The notes under the pieces are model-generated. The model searched no databases, was not told the DNA's origin, and saw only the letters and a list, made by a program, of their open reading frames with translations. A DNA stretch of 64,000 nt from Thermodesulfobacteriota bacterium (lineage in GTDB: Bacteria > Desulfobacterota > Desulfarculia > JACQYL01). Both the position numbers and the translations under genes were made by a program. Shown piece by piece: positions 9,801 to 16,622 of this stretch. Each line of letters opens with the position of its first letter. Within the stretch, counting starts at the first letter, position 1. Where the stretch lies: positions 1,696,001 to 1,760,000 of the forward strand of contig CAXXLZ010000001.1 of the NCBI GenBank assembly GCA_963675595.2. The letters run 5' to 3'.

Positions 9801-12155
9801 GGAGCCTCGGGCAAGTCCAGCGCCGCCGGCGCGGCCTACCTGTTCGAACGCAACGTCGGGGGAGCGGACAACTGGGGACAGGTGACAAAACTGCTGCCTT
9901 CGGACCCCTCCTCGAGCAGCTATTTCGGGGTTTCCGTTTCCATCAGCGGCGACACCATCCTGGTGGGCTGCGACGGCATCGACAACAACCGAGGGGCGGC
10001 CTATGTATTCCAGCGCAACTATGAGACCGCAGACGAATGGGGGTTGATCAAGAAGCTGGTCGCCTCCGAAAGAGCGGACCAGGATTTCTTCGGACGTGCG
10101 GTGGCCGTGGACGGGAACAAGGCCGTGATGGGCACACCGGGAGACGACGAGCTCGCCGCGTCCAATTGCGGCTCGGCCTTCTTCTTCCATGTGGACGTGG
10201 CGGGACTCACCTTGACCATGAGTGACGTTGAAGACCCTGTGATCCTGGAGCAGAGCGGCAACACGACCATCACCTATAATCTCACCGTATATAACAATGG
10301 TCCCTCCGCCGCTTCCTACGTCGCCCTGACGAATACCCTGCCGGATACCGGGGCGACCTTTGTTTCCGCCACACCGTCGCAGGGCTCCTGTGAACAATCC
10401 GCCGGAACCGTCACCTGCGATCTGGCGACGCTGGACAACGGAAGCAGCGCCACGGTGGCCATCGTTGTCGAACCCACGCAAACCGGCTGGTTCGAGAACT
10501 CCGCCCAGGTGATCTCCGCGAGTACGGACCCCGATTACAGCGACAACACGGCCAGTGAAACCACTCGCGTGGTCGTATACACCGACTTGGCCGTGTCCCA
10601 AACGGACAGCACCGATCCCATCCGGGTCGGAGATACATACACCTATACGGTCACCGTGGACAACAACGGACCGGAAAACGCCTACAACGTGGTGGTCACC
10701 GATACGTTGCCTTCGCAGGTTTCCTACGATTCGGCCAATCCTTCCCAGGGCAGCTGCGTAGAGGACTCAGGGACGGTGACCTGCACCTTCGGTCAGATCA
10801 ACAACGGAGCGGACGCCTATGTGGACATCCAGGTTTCGGCGGACCAGGACGGACAGGCACAAAACCAGGCGACGGTGAGTGCGGCCCACGTGGTGGATGA
10901 AACGCCGGGGAACGATACCACCCAGCTCACCACCCAGATCGACCCCGTAGCCGACCTGGGCGTGACCAAGACGGAGAGTGCGGATCCCGTCTACGCCCTC
11001 ACGAACCTCACCTACACCATTCAGGTGAGTAATGCCGGGCCTTCCACGGCCACGGAAGTGACCGTGACGGACACCTTGGATGCAAGCCTCACCTATGTGT
11101 CGGCAACTCCGTCGCAGGGAGACTGCAACCACGAGGCGGGAGTCGTGACCTGCGACTTGGGGAGCGTAAACCAGGGCGGAACCCCCACCATCGAGCTGGT
11201 GGTTCGACCCGCCCAGCCGCCCGGAGAAGATGCGAACTACACGGTCGACAATACGGCTCAAGTCTCATCCGCCGCGTACGACGGGAATTCGGCCAATGAC
11301 TCGGACACCGAATCCACAACCGTGAACCGCGCGGTGGCGCTGGTGGATTTGAGCATCACCAAGACCGACGGCGCCGATCCCGTACTGGTGGACTCCAATA
11401 TCACCTACACCATTACCGTGGCGAACGGCGGACCCGATGACGCCGAAGACGTCACCGTTTCCGATGTGCTGCCGCAGGGGCTCTCCTATGTCTCCGCCGA
11501 AGCGACCCAAGGAACCTGCGGCGAGGCGGGCGGCACCGTTACGTGCCAGGTGGGAACTTTGCTCAACGGGAACAACAGTGTAATTACCCTGGTGGTCACC
11601 GCGACTCAGGTGGGCCAAATCGAGAACACGGCTACGGTGGACACGAGTTCTTCGGATACGGCCTCGGGGAACGACTCGGCTTCGGAAACCACGGACGTCC
11701 AGGCACCACAGGCGGATCTGGCCGTCAGCGTCGTCGACGACCCGGACCCCGTGCAAATCTCGGCAAGCCTCACTTATACCGTCACCATCGACAACCTGGG
11801 ACCCCAGGACGCGGAAGACGTTACCTTGGCGGATACGCTGCCGGACCACTGCGTGTTCGTGTCCGCCACGCCTACCCAGGGAACCTGCTTTGAAGATTCG
11901 GGAGTGGTGACCTGCGACCTGGAAACTCTGGCCAACACCGCACAGGCGGTGGTCACCATTCAGGTAACTCCCCAGGCATCCGGCAACCTGTCGAACAATG
12001 CCGCCGTCGACGCCACCACTGCAGACCCCGACGGGTCCAACAATTCCGTTGTGACGTATACCTCGGCTGATTCGGACGATGACTTGATTACCATGATCAC
12101 GGGAATCATCCTGGCAATCAAGAAAAGGCAGCAGCAACAAGACCCACTGCCTTGA
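6894..12155 (+). CDS. Large secreted protein with 14 FG-GAP repeats (two predicted beta-propellers) and 5 DUF11 domains; putative adhesin
   Basis: Sec-type hydrophobic segment; 14 countable repeats (D.FG.SV.ISGD..VVGA...GAAY.F.RN.GG.DNWGQV); five DLxVTK...DPV...LTYTI.V.N.GP..A..V...D.LP domains; AAGGAG RBS. Confidence 0.9.
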   Translation: MPPRNDTINYKQRDKTAAPIGEKSRTPFLSTILGVILLVSGAGPFTSAAAASHPESFAARIQHQKVIPAESPKSPLRFAGLGDNGRPSVNKPEAQDLPEGLRERIREEIAQTQFTARSLGAPASGPDGPAYEMVNRPNNVRIIFTREGLRLETPEAPANAGHIDIALDSWGRIGSEATASPTQPIGRGARVDYRRGVLTEWYINEKRGVEQGVTLSAPPEGQGSGDIRLRWRVSGSQGSLMRQDDQALVFLDPDGRVRLRYTGLTAWDASGKTLPVEMRLADSSASAGHEQIIVLEVDDRGAAYPITIDPFFTQLQKISASDAALDNEFGYATAMSGDLAVVGAPGNNSGAGAAYIFERNQGGKDSWGQVTKITASDGAGGDGFGTSVAVSGHTVVVGAPDDDGMGSAYVFERNSGGSDTWGQVSKITASDGATGDEFGASVAVSGDTVVVGAPSDESNTGAAYIFERNENGQDSWGQITKITASDGAGGDNFGTSVAISIDSVVAGSPGDDDGGESSGSMYVFARNQGGADSWGQVRKMVADDDAAGDALGTSVVIKGDVAAAGAPGSNSATGSAYVFYRNQGGVDNWGQVRQLLALDGETGDEFGHSLGFNGDWIVVGAYLEDDVASGAGSIYVFDRNQGGADNWGQMIKIQAGDAAMDDQFGFSVAIGGDTLISGANLNDDGYSASGSAYLFGIPALTAGNWGEVRRTVSQSPGDDEYLGSSVAISGDLAVVGAYLDGDQGTDAGAAYILERNQGGIDQWDLVMKISGSDTTGGDWFGTSVDIHGDVVVIGSPNHNTYAGAAYVFYRNQGGADNWGQVAKLSPGDLQVGDAFGVSVTVSGDVIVVGTPSDNDDVDDQITDVGSAYIFYRNQDGADNWGLLKKIHSGDSDQDDNFGNAVSLSGDTLAVGAWGDDAVAVDAGAAYVFRRNEGGADNWGQAAKLTAADAATQDYFSSTAVSVSNDTIVVGASGKSSAAGAAYLFERNVGGADNWGQVTKLLPSDPSSSSYFGVSVSISGDTILVGCDGIDNNRGAAYVFQRNYETADEWGLIKKLVASERADQDFFGRAVAVDGNKAVMGTPGDDELAASNCGSAFFFHVDVAGLTLTMSDVEDPVILEQSGNTTITYNLTVYNNGPSAASYVALTNTLPDTGATFVSATPSQGSCEQSAGTVTCDLATLDNGSSATVAIVVEPTQTGWFENSAQVISASTDPDYSDNTASETTRVVVYTDLAVSQTDSTDPIRVGDTYTYTVTVDNNGPENAYNVVVTDTLPSQVSYDSANPSQGSCVEDSGTVTCTFGQINNGADAYVDIQVSADQDGQAQNQATVSAAHVVDETPGNDTTQLTTQIDPVADLGVTKTESADPVYALTNLTYTIQVSNAGPSTATEVTVTDTLDASLTYVSATPSQGDCNHEAGVVTCDLGSVNQGGTPTIELVVRPAQPPGEDANYTVDNTAQVSSAAYDGNSANDSDTESTTVNRAVALVDLSITKTDGADPVLVDSNITYTITVANGGPDDAEDVTVSDVLPQGLSYVSAEATQGTCGEAGGTVTCQVGTLLNGNNSVITLVVTATQVGQIENTATVDTSSSDTASGNDSASETTDVQAPQADLAVSVVDDPDPVQISASLTYTVTIDNLGPQDAEDVTLADTLPDHCVFVSATPTQGTCFEDSGVVTCDLETLANTAQAVVTIQVTPQASGNLSNNAAVDATTADPDGSNNSVVTYTSADSDDDLITMITGIILAIKKRQQQQDPLP

Positions 12156-12161
12156 GTTCAT

Positions 12162-12348
12162 CGGGGGGCCGCCTTACCAGGCTGTTGAAAAACGCGATCT
12201 GCGGCGTTGCGCTTCATCACTCGTCACTGCGACGTACTCTATGTACGTCTCATTCCTCAGGATTTGCGCGCCTTGCATCTCATCGTTTTTCAGCAGCCTG
12301 CAGCAACCGGCTTTTTTCGACGGGCTGTTGTGGTCCCCCGTTCTTTTT
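12162..12348 (+). terminator. Intrinsic terminator of the adhesin gene, interrupted by the MITE
   Basis: CGGGGGGCCGC (12162-12172) pairs with GTGGTCCCCCG (12330-12340; 11 bp with 2 G-U), followed by TTCTTTTT. Confidence 0.7.
12178..12300. mobile_element. 123-bp MITE-like element with terminal inverted repeats
   Basis: Left end CAGGCTGTTGAAAAACG; right end reverse-complements to CAGGCTGCTGAAAAACG (16/17 match). Internal GACGTAC...GTACGTC palindrome, no ORF, second copy at 56613-56722. Confidence 0.85.
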
Positions 12349-12539
12349 CCCTTGCCGAACGGCTCTCAACCGTTGTAGAAGCCGCCCGGAATTCCCACCT
12401 TCTTCATTCGCCGTATCCATATGGCAAGACTGCCGGGATCGGTCCGGGAAGCGTTCCGCCCCTCAGCGGACACGTTTGCATGCTCCCTGTGATCTCCCGA
12501 CGCGCTGAACCAGGCATTGAAAGAAGCCTTGAAGGGGCT

Positions 12540-13793
12540 TCAAGAATCTTCTTCGATCAACCCGGATCGCTGATCGGATGAGCGGTCCACAGAACCTGTT
12601 TGTCCCTTGTATCGTCTATCTCTCTTTTCCACCGCCGACCAGACGAATTCCTGAAAGAGAACTCTCACGATACACGCCGTCGGAACGGCCACCACCATGC
12701 CCATGATGCCGAATTGAGCGCCCACCACGAGAGCCAGTATGATCAGCAAAGGATGAAGCCCCGCCCCCTTGCCCACGATTTTCGGCTGCAATACGAACCC
12801 CTCAATGGCTTGGATCAGGGCGAATAATCCGACCACTCCCAACAAAGCCGCGATCTTTGCGTTCCACGAGGCTCCTCCACTGAACAAGACAATGAGCAAA
12901 GCCGGGGTCACGCCGATGATGGACCCTAAGTACGGAACGAAGCCGGCAACGCCGGCAACGGCTCCGATAAGGATGCAATAGTTGCGCAGAGCGGGAAATC
13001 CGATGAAACTCATGACGAACAGCCCCACCGCGAACAAACCACCTACAATGCCCGCCACGGTCAATTGGCCTCGAAGAAAGCCGCCCACCGCAGTGTCCAA
13101 TTTCTTGAACACGTCCTGCGCGGTATCTCTGTATTTGGGCGGTGCCAGCTTGTTCAATATGGGGCCGATCTTCTCCCAATCCAGGATCAGGTAGAAGTTG
13201 ATCACCACTACGAACGCCACGAACGAGAAAAATCCCGCCACGGATCCTATGCTGCTGAACAAAGCGCGGCTCACAACGCCAAAGGCTTCAAAGCCCCCGC
13301 TCGCCACTTGTTTGACTGCCGGCACCAAGGCGTCGGCGATTCTCCGATAATCGATCTCCACACGGCTCAACCTATCCCGCAGAGACTCGATCAACTGCCG
13401 ATCAACTTTGAAGTACCGGTTTTCAGACAACGTATCGAGCCATACGGGCAAGGCCTTGTTCAACGTCTGGAAAAGATCGATCATTTGGGAGAGGACAATG
13501 GGTACGAGGTAGGTCAAGAGTAGGAAAACCACAAGCAGGATGACGAGGTTCACGATCAATGTGCCCATTACCCGTCCCAACTTGAGCTTTCGCTGAATGC
13601 TGACCACAATGGGCGACAGAATATAGGCCAAAATCAAAGCCACAAGGAACGGTGACAACACTCGAAAAAAGAACGCGAGGGATTTGGCGAAAAGAGAGAA
13701 AGTATGGAATGCGAGCACCAATAGGGTCATCACGGCGATGGCATAGACCATTCCCCTGAACAAAGGACTGTCGATCTTCCATTCCGAACTCAT
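12540..13793 (-). CDS. AI-2E family (PerM-like) transporter
   Basis: PFLVALILAYILSP, FLRGQL, FVPYLGS and QAIEGFVLQPKIVG...LHP motifs; start taken at ATG 13793 after a GGAAAGGA RBS. Confidence 0.92.
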   Translation of the reverse strand: MSSEWKIDSPLFRGMVYAIAVMTLLVLAFHTFSLFAKSLAFFFRVLSPFLVALILAYILSPIVVSIQRKLKLGRVMGTLIVNLVILLVVFLLLTYLVPIVLSQMIDLFQTLNKALPVWLDTLSENRYFKVDRQLIESLRDRLSRVEIDYRRIADALVPAVKQVASGGFEAFGVVSRALFSSIGSVAGFFSFVAFVVVINFYLILDWEKIGPILNKLAPPKYRDTAQDVFKKLDTAVGGFLRGQLTVAGIVGGLFAVGLFVMSFIGFPALRNYCILIGAVAGVAGFVPYLGSIIGVTPALLIVLFSGGASWNAKIAALLGVVGLFALIQAIEGFVLQPKIVGKGAGLHPLLIILALVVGAQFGIMGMVVAVPTACIVRVLFQEFVWSAVEKRDRRYKGQTGSVDRSSDQRSGLIEEDS

Positions 13794-13881
13794 CGTTTCC
13801 TTTCCAAAGCCTTTGACCGCTTTCGGCATGAACGCCCGGCCGTGGGTCGCGCACGAAGCGCCGTCGAAACGTGCGGCGATG

Positions 13882-16566
13882 CTAATCGAACTCCGCCCGA
13901 TCAAGATCAATGTTCAGTTCGTATTCATGCGTGCCCGGAACCAGATGTGTTGAAAAACCCAACTTACGTCCCAATTCGAGCATCCTTGAGTTTTCCTGAA
14001 GCACAGTGCCCCAAACATGCCGGATCCCCAGTTTCTTGGCCGACTTGAGACATTTCTTTAGCAGTTCGGCTCCCACTCCTTTCCCCTGCCAGGGGTCTCC
14101 CACCAGAACCGCAAACTCGGCGCCGTCCTTCTCGGCCCCCGCGATGACACGAGCCACTCCCAGCATCCGTTCCTCTCCCTCGATGGTTTTGAGAGCCACC
14201 AGAGCAATCTCGCGGTCATAATCGATCTGAGTGAAACGCGCCAGCATCTTCTGGGGCAAGGATTCCAGATATCCCATGAAACGGAAGTAGATGCTCGTCT
14301 TGGACAGGGCTTCGAACAATTCCACCAACAACGGCGCATCTTCCGGCTTTATGGGGCGAAGGAAAATCGGCATTCCCTCGGAAGTGGTCACCTCATATTC
14401 CTGTTGACTCGGATAAGGACTGACCACCAAGTGAAGCGGAGAGACGACCTCCGTGGGCTCCAGAATCACCCTCGCGTCCACGGCACATGGTTTCCCTTCG
14501 AAGATAAGAACGGGATTCATGTCCAACTCGGAAATCTCCGGGAAATCGATCAACAGATCGGACAACCTCAGGACCATCTCCTCCATGGCGCCCATGTCCG
14601 CCGGGGGCAGGTTCCGGAATCCTTTGAGCAGGCGTGCCACGCGTGTCTTCTCGATCAGCCGCCTTACAAGTAGTCGATTCAGAGGAGGTAAAGCCACGGC
14701 GGTATCTTTGAGCACTTCCGTGAGTATGCCTCCCAACCCGAATACAATCACGGGACCGAAATCTTCGTCCCTTTTCGCACCAAGAAGGACCTCATATTCG
14801 CCCTTTTGAATCATGCTCTGAAGGGTGACCCCCAGAATGCGGGCTTGGGGATCATGTCTTCGGGCGTTCTCCAATATCTCGCGATGGGCCGCGCGAACAT
14901 CATCCTCACTCCCGAGGTTCAAGCGCACTCCTCCCACATCGGACTTATGCGAAATATCCGGCGAGTTCAGTTTCATGGCCAAAGGGTATCCCATTTGAGC
15001 ACCGATCCGCACGGCCTCCTCCTCCGATTCGGCCTGTTCCGTCCGGTTCACGGGTATGCCGTAGGCTTCCAGCAATTTCTTGGACTCCACTTCCGTAAGA
15101 AGCCGTCTTCCGCTGCGGAGCACCTCATCAACGACCCGCCGAGCCCGAGTCTGCTCTCTGGGGAAAGGCCCTGCCGGGCCGGGGGGAATTTGCTGCAGCA
15201 TTTCCATCTTACGGTTGTATTCCACCATGAGCATAAAGGCCTTCACAGCGCGCTCCGGTGTCGAATAGGTGGGCACCTGCCCCTCGTTGAGCAATTCCAT
15301 GCTCGGTTCAACCCACCTGCCCCCCATCCAACAGGCGAAGACGGGACGTGAAATGTTTTGCGCGCTCTCTTTGACCGCCCGAGCCACCTCGGTGGGGTCG
15401 GTCATGGCTTGTGGAGCCAGAATGGCAAGGACGCCGTCGACGTCCTCGGCCCGAATGCAGATATCGAGTGCTCTGCGATAACGTTCCGAGGTCGCGTCAC
15501 CCAAAACGTCCACGGGATTCCGCCGACTCCAATAAGGCGGCAGCACTTTGTCCAATTCTCCCATTGTCCGGTCGTTCAGCTCCGCAGGTTCAACTCCGAA
15601 TGACGCCAGGGCGTCCGCGGCCATCACTCCCGGTCCCCCCGCATTGGTAATCACGGCCAAACGCGATCCTTTGGGGCGCGGTACCTTGGCCGCCGGTTCC
15701 GCCACGTCGAACAGATCCTGAATCGTATCCACGCGAAGAATTCCCGCCCTTTCAAAGGCCGCATCGTACACCGTGTCTTCTCCGGTCATGGCTCCCGTGT
15801 GGGAGGCCGCGGCTTTGGAACCCGCAGCGCTCCTTCCCGCCTTGAGCACGATGATCGGTTTCACCCGGGAAACGGCTCTGGCCGCACTCATGAACTTACG
15901 AACCTGGGTCAGGCTTTCGATGTACAGAAGGATGCTCTTCACCTGTCCTAAGTTCCCAAGATAATCGACGAAATCTCCGAAATCCACATCCAGCATGGAG
16001 CCCACACTAACGAAATGGCTGAAGCCGATGCCTTCCTTGAGCGACCAGTCCAGGATGGCCGAGCAGATAGCGCCGCTTTGAGACACGAACGCCAGATTCC
16101 CCGCCCTCGGACTTTGGTTGGCAAAACTAGCATTGAGCAAGCTTCCGGGAGCCATAAGGCCCATGCAGTTCGGCCCCACAATTCGCAACTCGCTTCCTTC
16201 CGCGGCCTCTCTGATCCGTGCTTCAATACGCCTGCCTTGTTCTCCGATTTCTTTGCCTCCCGCGGAGAAGATCACGCATCCGGAGGCTCCGATACGCACA
16301 CAGTCTCGGACGACCTCGGGGACACCCGCAATCGGGACCGCAATGAGAACCAATTCAACCGATTCACCGATATCGCTCAGGGAGGCAAAAGACTTTATCC
16401 CATGAATATTCTTGTAGTTGGGATTTACAGGAAAAATTGCTCTCCGTTCTCTCCCCTCCAGGAGATTCTTCATCAGGGCATCGCCGATGACGGACGGACG
16501 TTCCGTCGCACCCACCAAAGCCACCGACTTGGGGCTGAATATTCGATCCAGATTCATAATTCCCAT
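13882..16566 (-). CDS. Acyl-CoA synthetase (NDP-forming)-like/GNAT fusion; Pat/PatZ-type protein lysine acetyltransferase
   Basis: CoA-binding domain (GPNCMG, SQSGA, SHTGA), ATP-grasp-like region (HKSDVGGV) and C-terminal GNAT (WQGKGVG). Confidence 0.92.
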   Translation of the reverse strand: MGIMNLDRIFSPKSVALVGATERPSVIGDALMKNLLEGRERRAIFPVNPNYKNIHGIKSFASLSDIGESVELVLIAVPIAGVPEVVRDCVRIGASGCVIFSAGGKEIGEQGRRIEARIREAAEGSELRIVGPNCMGLMAPGSLLNASFANQSPRAGNLAFVSQSGAICSAILDWSLKEGIGFSHFVSVGSMLDVDFGDFVDYLGNLGQVKSILLYIESLTQVRKFMSAARAVSRVKPIIVLKAGRSAAGSKAAASHTGAMTGEDTVYDAAFERAGILRVDTIQDLFDVAEPAAKVPRPKGSRLAVITNAGGPGVMAADALASFGVEPAELNDRTMGELDKVLPPYWSRRNPVDVLGDATSERYRRALDICIRAEDVDGVLAILAPQAMTDPTEVARAVKESAQNISRPVFACWMGGRWVEPSMELLNEGQVPTYSTPERAVKAFMLMVEYNRKMEMLQQIPPGPAGPFPREQTRARRVVDEVLRSGRRLLTEVESKKLLEAYGIPVNRTEQAESEEEAVRIGAQMGYPLAMKLNSPDISHKSDVGGVRLNLGSEDDVRAAHREILENARRHDPQARILGVTLQSMIQKGEYEVLLGAKRDEDFGPVIVFGLGGILTEVLKDTAVALPPLNRLLVRRLIEKTRVARLLKGFRNLPPADMGAMEEMVLRLSDLLIDFPEISELDMNPVLIFEGKPCAVDARVILEPTEVVSPLHLVVSPYPSQQEYEVTTSEGMPIFLRPIKPEDAPLLVELFEALSKTSIYFRFMGYLESLPQKMLARFTQIDYDREIALVALKTIEGEERMLGVARVIAGAEKDGAEFAVLVGDPWQGKGVGAELLKKCLKSAKKLGIRHVWGTVLQENSRMLELGRKLGFSTHLVPGTHEYELNIDLDRAEFD

Positions 16567-16622
16567 CTATGTCTCCGTTCCTTCCTGCAATTCCGAGATT
16601 CCGCTCCGCGAGAACGTTCCGA

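Noticed and set aside
7850-10190. Periodic nucleotide repeats that could suggest a CRISPR array or a diversity-generating cassette
   Set aside because: They are in-frame FG-GAP coding repeats with synonymous variation; no cas or reverse transcriptase gene is present.
7011-12161. Long antisense ORFs (758, 370 and 298 aa) opposite the surface-protein gene
   Set aside because: Shadow frames expected from GC-rich codon bias and repeats; no recognisable motifs. The same applies to most overlapping ORFs in the track.
12178-12300. The IS at 47708-49583 as the mobiliser of the MITE
   Set aside because: The terminal repeats differ (CAGGCTGTTGAAAAA versus GATGAGTTCGTAAAAA) and the MITE shows no 6-bp TSD.
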